Source of the DNA: Candidatus Liptonbacteria bacterium
GTDB taxonomy: Bacteria > Patescibacteriota > Minisyncoccia > UBA6257 > 2-01-FULL-56-20
DNA length: 64,000 bases
Direction: 5' to 3'
Assembly: GCA_023244895.1 (NCBI GenBank)
Contig: JAHFLL010000001.1
Location: 489,802-553,801 of the forward strand
The position numbers were made by a program, and so were the translations under genes. The notes below the pieces were generated by a model. That model did not search any database and was not told the DNA's origin. It saw nothing but the letters and a program-made list of their open reading frames with translations. Each line of letters begins with the position of its first letter. Within the stretch, counting starts at the first letter, position 1. Below are positions 1 through 8,487 of this stretch, piece by piece.

Positions 1-1036
1 AGTGTCGGTGTGCGGGATCGGGAAGTGATAAAGACTGGCCAACTCTTCGCTTGATAGAATCATGGCCTGACCCGAATCAAACTTGCGGAAAATAAAGGGG
101 TAGACAATCTTTTGGAAATTCTTGACTTTAACGAACTTGAATTCGTTGCGCCTGGGACTGGAGAATTGTTGAAATCCAGAGATTATTCCATCTAGAATAT
201 CGTTCGCCTGAAACTGAGTCGCGGCAGAAGCGAGCAAACGAACGTTTACATGGAAAAGCGGCTTAGAAATCTTTGCCTCTAAGGCTTTAACCGCGTCCTC
301 GTCTACCACCTTCTCCTTAATTTCTCCCTTGTCTTTGGTTTCGGTGCTTATTGCCTCTTTTATGTCGTCCCAATCAATATCAAAAGCATTTAAAGCCTTG
401 CGCGCGGACTCTCCCCTTTTTATGCGGTCTATTATTTTTTGGACCGATTTGTTGAGATCTTTCTTGGCAGGACTTACGGCGATTTGCATGGCCGCGCCCT
501 CTCCGAACTCATTCACCTTGGCAAAAGCTCCCAAAATAGGGGCAAAGGTGTCCGACTCCAACTCCTGGTATGTGCGAATGGGTAGATAGGCATTCTCTCT
601 TTGCTTTACGTAAGCGGTGGAGGTGGCGCCATGAGGGTTAAAGATATTGTAGTCTTCATTAGTCTGAACGACGCTCGCGCCTGGCCAAGCAGATTGGATC
701 TGTTTGCTCGTCACCTCCACCGCCTTCTTGGGCACGGATACGTAAAAATGTATTTCTTCTCCGATATGATGCACGGCTATCTCAAAAAGAAAGGGTTCGC
801 GAGCGGAAGCCAGGTTGCTAATCAATTGCTCAAACTTATTTATCTCAAATTTGAAATAGTCCTTCTCGGGCTGATTTTCTTCCTTCTTCAGTTTCGGAAC
901 CTTAACCAAGAGAAGGGCTTGATTTAGAGAACGTATAATTCCCTGACGGCGCAGCCTGCCGTAAAGAAAATATCCGCCCACGCCCAAGAGGGCGCCCAGA
1001 ATCAATATGAAGATAACCGAAAGAAATCCAAGCATC
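1..1036 (-). CDS. Hypothetical membrane-anchored protein, partial; the C-terminus runs off the window start
   Basis: A continuous minus-strand reading frame runs from an ATG at 1034-1036 to position 1 with no stop. It is absent from the ORF track because no stop falls in the window. The N-terminal hydrophobic helix reads MLGFLSVIFILILGALLGVGGYFLY, and more than 340 aa remain open after it. The plus-strand ORFs 329..589 and 601..927 are antisense to it. Confidence 0.5.
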
Positions 1037-1126
1037 GGGTAACTTAATTATACAGCAACCCGCGGTAAGTAGTAAGTAGATGGCGAAAACTATAAAGAAC
1101 GATGTGATAGACTTTCGCCTACCGAT

Positions 1127-2902
1127 TTACGCAACTTCAGCCTGATAACAGGCTTCACAATATACTATCTCTCCGCGGTCAGGGGCATAGCTGGTTTCAA
1201 ATTTATTTTGACAAGGCTCGGCTCCATGAAAATGAATGTCCGTGTTTTGATAAGTCCCATTCTGCGACCTATTCCCAGCACACCCACAGGTCCTTTTCCA
1301 TAATTTTAAAGGGTTGAGGCGAGAGAAGCGCCTTTTATGGCGACAGTCAGAACACTTGTTTGGCAGGGGTAAATCAAACCGACGCAAGAAGGCAATTTCC
1401 GCGGGGACGAAGCGATAGGCTCGAGCGCAGGACGCGCAGGCGACCACCTCTTTTAATATATCGTCTCCTACTTCATCAATGGTTGCGGGCAGCTTCTCGC
1501 CTCTAATAGTTGCGGTGTGTTCAGAAGGAGCGCCGTCACACCACCTCCATCCCGTCTCCAATGCCCGTTCCTTAGTCAGCGGGAAATACACCTGCGCGTC
1601 CGTTTCGTTGTACCCATAAAGGGAAAAGTCATACGGCATGAACTCGCCATACTTCCAAACCCTGCCCTGCGCATCAACATAAGGATTACGTTCCATGTCC
1701 GCAATAATTTGAGTTCTCAGAGAGCGAAACTCTTCGGGTGTATATTGCTTATTTAAAATGCAATATTTTTTCTTGCGCAGACCAGAACAACCGAGAAGGT
1801 CTGCTACGTCTATACACCAAACACAATATTCAGTGTTTAGCGTGTTGCCGAGAGCGCACACATAAGAAAACTTAGCATTGTGCGTACCAGCACCTACATT
1901 CATGCACTCATAAATAAGCTCTACATTGTCACCCCACATAGTATAGTCATAAGCGTCTTTGGTATGCGCGTCCTTAATAAATTGACAGAAACGAACATTC
2001 TCCAGTCCGCGCGCCTGAAAAGAATCCTTGGCGTTTTTTGATTCATATATATAGTCTCCGGACACGTTCACGTTTTGGAAGCCATGCATAAACTTGTGCG
2101 GCACTGAACGCCAGACCTCCTCCGCTCGCGCCTGGAGCTGCAAGATACCCTCTTGCGTCCTCATACTCCGGCGCAGCGATTCTAATTCTCGGACATACTC
2201 TTCTTTAGAATGAGGCTTGTTCCAGATGTAATAACTCTTATTGCGCAGATTTGCGCAACCGAAACAATCCGTACAACCCCAAAGATTTTTAGAAAAAAAG
2301 ACATTCACGCAGTCGCTGGAATCTTCCGAAAAGAAAAGTCTTGATGACTTACGACAATTCACATCCTCATAACACAGATCCGATTCTCCTACTATCAGGA
2401 GGTCCATGGAGTCTTTTATATTAGACAATCTTCCGCCGTAAAGCACATCTTCGCAATAATCCGCATCAAAAATAAGATAGCAATTCTTAGACTCGCCCGA
2501 CTCGTTCACATATTCGCTATTAATCAGGGTGGGATGATTAGTCCCTAGTGCCACTAGGGGTGTTTCGCGGAGTAAGCCTTCTAACTGCTCAAGAAATGGT
2601 TTATGGGGATCATACTCCCGCCCATAATCTAATGGACTCCACCTGTCCGACCACCAACAAGGCGGACAATAGACCACGCATTGCTTATCGGGAGAATATG
2701 TGGAAAGAGTAATTTTTCTACAAAGTGCGCACTCCCGCTTATAGAGGTGGCGTTCGTTCCGAAACATGAGCCGCCGCTGGAGCCGACAATTGGGACAAAA
2801 CGTAGGTGGCGGCACCTTTATCCTCTCGTAGAAATTGAAATCCTCCGGCTCTATCGTGAAGTCGGATTTACAATTCTGACAGCTTTTTGTTTCTGAATTC
2901 AT
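1127..2902 (-). CDS. Cysteine-rich dual zinc-ribbon paralog, family copy A1
   Basis: The track ORF is 1127..2923 from a GTG. An in-frame ATG at 2900-2902 yields MNSETKSCQNCKSDF, which matches the 7-aa lead-in seen in the other five paralogs. The N-terminal ribbon is C-x2-C-x22-C-x2-C. A repeated C-x2-C-x-DC-x-GC-x2-LRNK-x-Y motif follows. The C-terminus reads CASCARAYRF...CSDCRHKRR...ETSYAPDRGEIVYCEACYQAEVA. Confidence 0.85.
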   Translation of the reverse strand: MNSETKSCQNCKSDFTIEPEDFNFYERIKVPPPTFCPNCRLQRRLMFRNERHLYKRECALCRKITLSTYSPDKQCVVYCPPCWWSDRWSPLDYGREYDPHKPFLEQLEGLLRETPLVALGTNHPTLINSEYVNESGESKNCYLIFDADYCEDVLYGGRLSNIKDSMDLLIVGESDLCYEDVNCRKSSRLFFSEDSSDCVNVFFSKNLWGCTDCFGCANLRNKSYYIWNKPHSKEEYVRELESLRRSMRTQEGILQLQARAEEVWRSVPHKFMHGFQNVNVSGDYIYESKNAKDSFQARGLENVRFCQFIKDAHTKDAYDYTMWGDNVELIYECMNVGAGTHNAKFSYVCALGNTLNTEYCVWCIDVADLLGCSGLRKKKYCILNKQYTPEEFRSLRTQIIADMERNPYVDAQGRVWKYGEFMPYDFSLYGYNETDAQVYFPLTKERALETGWRWCDGAPSEHTATIRGEKLPATIDEVGDDILKEVVACASCARAYRFVPAEIAFLRRFDLPLPNKCSDCRHKRRFSRLNPLKLWKRTCGCAGNRSQNGTYQNTDIHFHGAEPCQNKFETSYAPDRGEIVYCEACYQAEVA

Positions 2903-2944
2903 ATTCTGCATACTACATGCCACATTCTACCTACTGCTTTTTCC

Positions 2945-4705
2945 TTATACCACCTCCGCATTGTAGCACTGCTCGCAGTAGACTATTTCTGGCCGGTCGG
3001 GGGCATACGGGGTTCTGAATTCTATCTGGCATTTTTCAGAACCATGCACGTGAACCACCTGATTCTTATATACGCTATTTAAACTGCCCACACCCGAACA
3101 CTGACATTTTCTTGGCCACAGCCCAATCGGAGTGCGGAATTTATCTCTCTCGGAGTGTCGACACTTCGGACAAAGACGCGGGATAGGTAAACCAAATCTT
3201 TTATAGAATTCCAATTCTTTTTCCAAAATGCGATAGACTCTGGCACACCCTTCACAAGATATTATCTCCTTCACTATTGCCGAGGTTGCGTCCTCTATCG
3301 AGTCCGGCAAAGCGGAAGAAGATGTGGTCGGCTCGTATTCCCGCTCTTCAATTTCTCGCCAACCAAACCCCTGGGACAGAGATTGTTCTTCGGTAAGGGG
3401 CATGTATTCAACCGCGCAAGACTCGTTATAAGCCAAGGGGGATGTCTCGGGCGGTAAAAACTCCCCGTATCTGTATGTCTTTCCCAGGGCATCTTTATAA
3501 GGAAGACTGTTCATGCTCGCGATAATTTTATCTCTTAACTTGTAATACTCTTGCTCGCTATATTGCTTATTAAAAATACAGAACTGCTTCTTCCTTAAGC
3601 TCACGCAACCGAAAAGATTGTTGGAAGAGTGACAGCCTATGCAATACTCCAAATTACTGGAGGAGGGCCAACAATCAAAGCAAAATTTAAGATTACTCAC
3701 ATTCTCACCGCAAGAAATACTTTCATAAATCAACTCGGCATTTATCCCCCAATTAGTGTAATCCATACAGTCTTTAACGCGGTCCGAAGATATTTGGGAA
3801 TATTTTACATTTTCCGCGCTGTCTATAATCAGATAGCTTTCATTTACATTCTTGCAGTTATACAAATACTCCCCCTCGGATCTTTCGTTTCTTTGAACGT
3901 GAGCGTACTTATTGGGATATTTCAGCCAAAAATCAAGAACTGTTTTTCTTATTTTCTGAAAAGCGGCATAGGAGCTGGTGTTAAATTCTTTAATTTTTTT
4001 AGCATACGACTCCTTATCGTAAGGCTGGTTAAAAATATGGTATTTTTTATGTCTTAGGCCAACACAGCCGAAGCAATCATTGCAATCTGAACAATCTTTC
4101 ATAAACCAGCAATTGCTTAGATTATAGCTATCCACCGCGAAACGGGCTTGAAAACAGTTGCCCGTATTGTAATTCTCATAACACAACTCGTTGCTCTGGA
4201 CGTCAGAAAACTCCATGCATTCCTTGAGATATCTACCCATATTACCGTACATGCAATTTTCGGAATCCCCGAAGTCAAAACACAGATAGCAGTTCTTGGC
4301 GCGGGAAGCCTGGTCGCAGTAATCGCTGTTTTCCAAAACCTGAACCGAACGGGATGCCCAGGGCACATCCCTGGAGAGGGTTTTAAATTGTTCAAAAAAA
4401 GTTTTCGAGAAATCATATTCCCGCCCATAGTCCATGGGATCCCAGGCATCCGACCACCAATAATCCCGTTCGTATATTTTTATATTCGAACTGTCCGGAA
4501 AAGAAGAAAATATTGTCTCCCCTTTTATTGCTTCTTTCTTGCGAAAAAGGTTTTTCTCGTTCCAAAAAACTAAGCGTCTTCGAAGCCGACAACTCGGACA
4601 CCAGGTCGGGGGCGGAACCTTCACGCGTTCATAAAATTGAAAGTCCTCCGGCTCGATAACGAATTCCGATTTGCAATTTTGGCAGTTTCTTTCCTCGGCG
4701 ATCAT
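2945..4705 (-). CDS. Cysteine-rich dual zinc-ribbon paralog, family copy A2
   Basis: A 586-aa ORF. It carries the same N-terminal motif, NCQNCKSEFVIEPEDFQFYERVKVPPPTWCPSCRLRRR, and the same C-terminal motif, ...YAPDRPEIVYCEQCYNAEVV. Its start overlaps the stop of A3 (4702..4705). Confidence 0.85.
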   Translation of the reverse strand: MIAEERNCQNCKSEFVIEPEDFQFYERVKVPPPTWCPSCRLRRRLVFWNEKNLFRKKEAIKGETIFSSFPDSSNIKIYERDYWWSDAWDPMDYGREYDFSKTFFEQFKTLSRDVPWASRSVQVLENSDYCDQASRAKNCYLCFDFGDSENCMYGNMGRYLKECMEFSDVQSNELCYENYNTGNCFQARFAVDSYNLSNCWFMKDCSDCNDCFGCVGLRHKKYHIFNQPYDKESYAKKIKEFNTSSYAAFQKIRKTVLDFWLKYPNKYAHVQRNERSEGEYLYNCKNVNESYLIIDSAENVKYSQISSDRVKDCMDYTNWGINAELIYESISCGENVSNLKFCFDCWPSSSNLEYCIGCHSSNNLFGCVSLRKKQFCIFNKQYSEQEYYKLRDKIIASMNSLPYKDALGKTYRYGEFLPPETSPLAYNESCAVEYMPLTEEQSLSQGFGWREIEEREYEPTTSSSALPDSIEDATSAIVKEIISCEGCARVYRILEKELEFYKRFGLPIPRLCPKCRHSERDKFRTPIGLWPRKCQCSGVGSLNSVYKNQVVHVHGSEKCQIEFRTPYAPDRPEIVYCEQCYNAEVV

Positions 4706-6459
4706 ACTACTTCGGAATTATAACAGCTCTCACAGTAAACTATTTCCGGTCGATCGGGGGCATAGGAAGTTTCAAACTGATTAGGACATCCGCCCTGGTG
4801 GCTGTGGTTAGGCTTATCGCACATGCACCCTCGGGTCCAAAGTCTGAGCGGATTCCTTTCCGCCAATCTCTCATAGTGCCTGCAATTAGGGCAAAGCCTG
4901 GGCAGAGATAGGTTCATGCGCTTATAAAACTGTAGTTCGGCGGGGATAAGTTTGAAAGCAGTCACACAGCTTGCTTCACAGTTGGCGGTATGATGGTTCT
5001 CTTGGGCATGAAGACACCCTATCACCTCCTCTAGGATGGAGTCAGGGGTGTCTTTGATATGGTCCGGCAGGTCCTGGGGTTGTTTGGTCACGGTGTATTG
5101 CTTGGTATCTGGGTCTCTCCACTTGTATCCCTGAACTAGAGCCTGCTCTTTGGTTAAGGGGAAGTACTCCTGGGCGATGGTTTCGTTGTAGGAGAAGGGA
5201 GAGAGTTCCGGGGGGAAGAACTCCCCGTATTTATATACTCTGCCTAGTTTATCTATATAGGGCATAGTATTCATATGCTCTATGATCTGGGGGACCAGAG
5301 CTTCATACTCCTCCTTGGTGTATTGCTTGTTCAAAATACAGTACTGCTTGTTGCGCAGGGCGACGCAGGCAAAGATGTTCTGACAACCGTGAGAGGCATA
5401 ACTATACTGCACGTTATGCCCGCCCCAAACGAATATATCAAAGAAGAATTTGGTTCCATTTAATCCAGTGTCAACTGATTCATATATGAGCTCGCTTGTT
5501 TCCCCTATGCCATAGCCGTCGTAAGAATCACTCAGGCGCACTCCCCCATTGATACAGAACTTACAGTCGCGAATGCCACCCCAGAAGTCGAAGCATGCTT
5601 TACAGTTGCTGGCCTCTCCCACGTTGTCGCCGGTAGTATTTTCTACCTTATACGTATTGGCATACTTCCTTATCGCCTTAAGCTTGAGCTTCTCAAATTC
5701 CTCCTTTACTCTTAAAACATTTCTATAGCTGCCCAGGTCCAATTCCAGCAATTTCCTACCGTATTCTTCCTTGGAATAGGGCTGGTTGAAGATATGATAG
5801 GATTTACCACGCAGATTAGTACAACCAAAACAATCATTGCACCCCTTGCATTGATATAAAAAGGCGGAGTTGGTGCAATTTTCTGAATTCTGTATATAGA
5901 AAGAGTGGGCTATCTTTTCTGATGAAGAGCCCTCATATACTAACTCTGAGTCAGTAACATTAAGTGAGTCCTCCGAGTCCTTCACGTTGCCGCATTTGGA
6001 AACATAGTTGGAATCTTCTATGCCCCAACATGCATGAGAAAGGTAAGAATTTTTCGCCTCGCCGGTGTGATTGCAATAGTCGCTATTAGTAGCCCGCGAC
6101 AGGAATAATGCCGGCATCGGAACCTTGTTTAGCAGCTCGCGATATTGTCCAAAGAAGGATTTTTCAAAATCATACTCGACTCCATAAGAAAGCGGGTCCC
6201 AGGCATCCGACCACCACATATCCCTATCATAGACGTTTATGCCGCTCTCCGGAGAGAAACAGGTTATGACATCCTTATCGTTCAGAGATTTACGACGATA
6301 CAGAGACCTCTCGTTGCGCCAGCTCATTCTCCTCACGCAACGGCAGTCAGGACAAAATGTCGGCGGGGGCATCTTTATACGTTCGTAGAATACAAAATCT
6401 TCCGGTTCTATCGTAAAATCCTTTTTACAATTCTGGCAATTTCTAATTTCCGGTCCCAT
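4702..6459 (-). CDS. Cysteine-rich dual zinc-ribbon paralog, family copy A3
   Basis: A 585-aa ORF with the same architecture. A GGGAGG Shine-Dalgarno lies upstream of its ATG. It contains a roughly 365-bp tract nearly identical to paralog B1. Confidence 0.85.
   Translation of the reverse strand: MGPEIRNCQNCKKDFTIEPEDFVFYERIKMPPPTFCPDCRCVRRMSWRNERSLYRRKSLNDKDVITCFSPESGINVYDRDMWWSDAWDPLSYGVEYDFEKSFFGQYRELLNKVPMPALFLSRATNSDYCNHTGEAKNSYLSHACWGIEDSNYVSKCGNVKDSEDSLNVTDSELVYEGSSSEKIAHSFYIQNSENCTNSAFLYQCKGCNDCFGCTNLRGKSYHIFNQPYSKEEYGRKLLELDLGSYRNVLRVKEEFEKLKLKAIRKYANTYKVENTTGDNVGEASNCKACFDFWGGIRDCKFCINGGVRLSDSYDGYGIGETSELIYESVDTGLNGTKFFFDIFVWGGHNVQYSYASHGCQNIFACVALRNKQYCILNKQYTKEEYEALVPQIIEHMNTMPYIDKLGRVYKYGEFFPPELSPFSYNETIAQEYFPLTKEQALVQGYKWRDPDTKQYTVTKQPQDLPDHIKDTPDSILEEVIGCLHAQENHHTANCEASCVTAFKLIPAELQFYKRMNLSLPRLCPNCRHYERLAERNPLRLWTRGCMCDKPNHSHQGGCPNQFETSYAPDRPEIVYCESCYNSEVV
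5014..5378. repeat. Near-identical DNA tract shared with 38387..38750 (paralog A3 versus B1)
   Basis: By eye the two stretches are identical apart from a handful of SNPs. Flanking paralog DNA is alignable only at the protein level. Both copies encode ACVALRNKQYCILNKQYTKEEYEALVPQIIEHMNTMPYIDKLGRVYKYGEFFPPELSPF(S/A)YNETIAQEYFPLTKEQALVQGYKWRDPDTKQYTVTKQPQDLPDHIKDTPDSILEEVIGC. Confidence 0.8.
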
Positions 6460-6508
6460 TTATTTTTTACCTCCCGTTTTCTATATTCTATCTTCCAACT
6501 TCTAGCTT

Positions 6509-6913
6509 CTATTCTACCATCCCCCTTTTCTTTAATTCTTCGTATAAATTACCGGCTAAAGCATCATGAAAAACGTCCAGAATATACGGGTTGGATTTGG
6601 CGGCCTCACTTGTCGCTTTTACTATGCCTTCTCGAAATGCCATGCCAAGAAGATTCTCTACCTCCAACTTCGTCTCCGGCGGAGCGGACTGAGCGTATTT
6701 CGGCAAGACCGAATCTTCCGACTTAGTAGGTTCTGCTGACCGGGCTACAGGAGCTACGCCCGTATAGGACTGGATAGACTGCTTGACCAGTTCGTGCCCG
6801 GAAACACCTTTCATCTCCGGATTTTCCTGATGACGCTTCAGCTCCGCGGCTACGCCGTGCAAATCTTGCTCTTGGACAGGTACTTTGATTTCTGGGGTTA
6901 GTTGATCGGGCAT
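6509..6913 (-). CDS. Hypothetical protein, 134 aa, at the head of the A paralog array
   Basis: An ORF on the same strand 50 nt upstream of A3. It has no recognisable motif. Confidence 0.45.
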   Translation of the reverse strand: MPDQLTPEIKVPVQEQDLHGVAAELKRHQENPEMKGVSGHELVKQSIQSYTGVAPVARSAEPTKSEDSVLPKYAQSAPPETKLEVENLLGMAFREGIVKATSEAAKSNPYILDVFHDALAGNLYEELKKRGMVE

Positions 6914-6972
6914 GTTGATTAGTAGTTAGAATTTAGAAGCTAGAATATAGACGAGACATCCTAGCGCGATGT

Positions 6973-6986
6973 TTTTATTGTATAAT
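6973..6986 (+). promoter_or_regulatory. Extended -10 element (TGTATAAT) 7 nt before the ATG of the downstream gene; a leaderless transcript is possible
   Basis: The TGnTATAAT sequence at 6979-6986 sits directly upstream of the ATG at 6994. There is no Shine-Dalgarno sequence. Confidence 0.3.
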
Positions 6987-6993
6987 TTAAACT

Positions 6994-8487
6994 ATGCAAA
7001 AACGCAATGTTTTATGGGGACTGTTTCTGGTCCTGATTATAGCAACCTTCCTCAGAACCTACCAACTGGATAAATTCCCACCCGGACTCTACCCGGACGA
7101 GGCCATGAACGGCAACAACGCCCTAGAGGCCATTAAAACCGGCGATTACAAAGTATATTATCCTGAAAATAATGGCCGGGAAGGTCTTTTCATAAATATA
7201 CAAGCACAGTTTTTGCGCCTGATTGGACTGAATGAACCCTGGGTTTTGCGCCTAACAAGCGCCCTAGTAGGGATACTCACCGTGTTGGGGATTTACCTTT
7301 TTGCCAAGGAACTGTTCTCGCGCAAAGTCGGGCTATTGTCCGCTTTTCTTTTGGCCACAAGTTTCTGGCACATAAACTTTTCCCGCATCGGCTTCCGAGC
7401 CATCTCCGCTTGTATGTTCGCCGTTTGGGGATTCTATTTATTGTGGTACGCTCTTCGCAAATCGAACGAACAAAAGGGCGGCTTGTGGCAAGCAATTTTA
7501 GGCGGAATAATTTTCGGGTTGGGTTTCCATACCTACATTGCCTACCGCGTTACACCTCTCCTGCTACTAATACCGCTTATTTATTTCCGGAAGAATAACG
7601 GCTTCTGGAAAATACTACTAGCGTTTCTGGTCGGCGCTTTCATAGCCGGCTTACCAATTGGTCTTTATTATCTTCAAAACCCAGGCGACTTCTTTGGGCG
7701 CACCTCCCAAATCTCTGTTTTCAGTTCAGACTCTACCCTCAAAGACCTTTCTCTCAACATAGGCAAGACTCTTTTAATGTTCTTCTACGACGGAGACTAT
7801 AACTGGCGGCACAATTACGCCGGTCGCGCGCAACTCTTCTGGCCGGTAGCCCTCATGTTTCTCGGTGGCATAATTTTAGGGCTAGGCGCCATCTTTAAGA
7901 GATATCTGGGTTCAAGGAGCCTCCACGATGAAGATAATTCCGAACTGGGAGCCCGGAAAATGCGCGCTTCTTTCTGGTTAATATTCTTGTGGTTCGGCCT
8001 GGGGCTTCTGCCGGTCATTATCTCGAACGAAGGCCTGCCCCACGCCTTGCGGGCCCTGCTTCTTATTCCCCCTGCCATAGTCCTCGCTGGAGTAGCCGGA
8101 ATATGGTTTTACGAGAAAGCCAAGGAGCGTCTACACCCTAAAATACTGGGAGGGCTGACCGTCCTATTTCTAATCCTTTTGTTTTTGGAAGCATATCAAA
8201 CCTATTTTCTACTCTGGGGACCCAATCAAAATACGCAAGGAGCCTTCGCGGCAAACTACGTGAATATCGGCGAGCAAATCAACCGGACCTCACGCCTGCA
8301 CGACAAATACGTAATAGTAGAAGGAGGCGGCACGGATGTGCGCGGACTTCCTATGCCAACGCAGACCACCATGTTTATAACCGACACCTTCCTGCCTCAA
8401 GACCAAAGGGACAAAAAAATCCACTACGTCCTCCCTGGACAAATTGAGCAAATCCCACCCGGTGCCCTGCGCTTCTATTTAAGATAG
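6994..8487 (+). CDS. GT39/GT83-type membrane glycosyltransferase (ArnT/PMT-like, 4-amino-4-deoxy-L-arabinose transferase family)
   Basis: A 497-aa polytopic protein. Its N-terminal region reads FLRTYQLDKFPPGLYPDEAMNGNNALEA...LFAKELF, which is typical of ArnT/PMT-family glycosyltransferases. Many TM helices follow. Confidence 0.7.
   Translation: MQKRNVLWGLFLVLIIATFLRTYQLDKFPPGLYPDEAMNGNNALEAIKTGDYKVYYPENNGREGLFINIQAQFLRLIGLNEPWVLRLTSALVGILTVLGIYLFAKELFSRKVGLLSAFLLATSFWHINFSRIGFRAISACMFAVWGFYLLWYALRKSNEQKGGLWQAILGGIIFGLGFHTYIAYRVTPLLLLIPLIYFRKNNGFWKILLAFLVGAFIAGLPIGLYYLQNPGDFFGRTSQISVFSSDSTLKDLSLNIGKTLLMFFYDGDYNWRHNYAGRAQLFWPVALMFLGGIILGLGAIFKRYLGSRSLHDEDNSELGARKMRASFWLIFLWFGLGLLPVIISNEGLPHALRALLLIPPAIVLAGVAGIWFYEKAKERLHPKILGGLTVLFLILLFLEAYQTYFLLWGPNQNTQGAFAANYVNIGEQINRTSRLHDKYVIVEGGGTDVRGLPMPTQTTMFITDTFLPQDQRDKKIHYVLPGQIEQIPPGALRFYLR

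Noticed and set aside
329-927. Plus-strand ORFs 329..589 and 601..927
   Set aside because: They are antisense to a long uninterrupted minus-strand frame that has a proper N-terminal TM helix. They have no motifs and are likely spurious.
3629-4573. Plus-strand ORFs 3629..4057 and 4148..4573 inside paralog A2
   Set aside because: They are antisense shadows of a conserved paralog gene with low-complexity hydrophobic translations. The many other short ORFs antisense to ribosomal genes, such as 9013..9555, 12115..12519, 22383..22740, 54606..55037 and 56788..57318, are rejected for the same reason.
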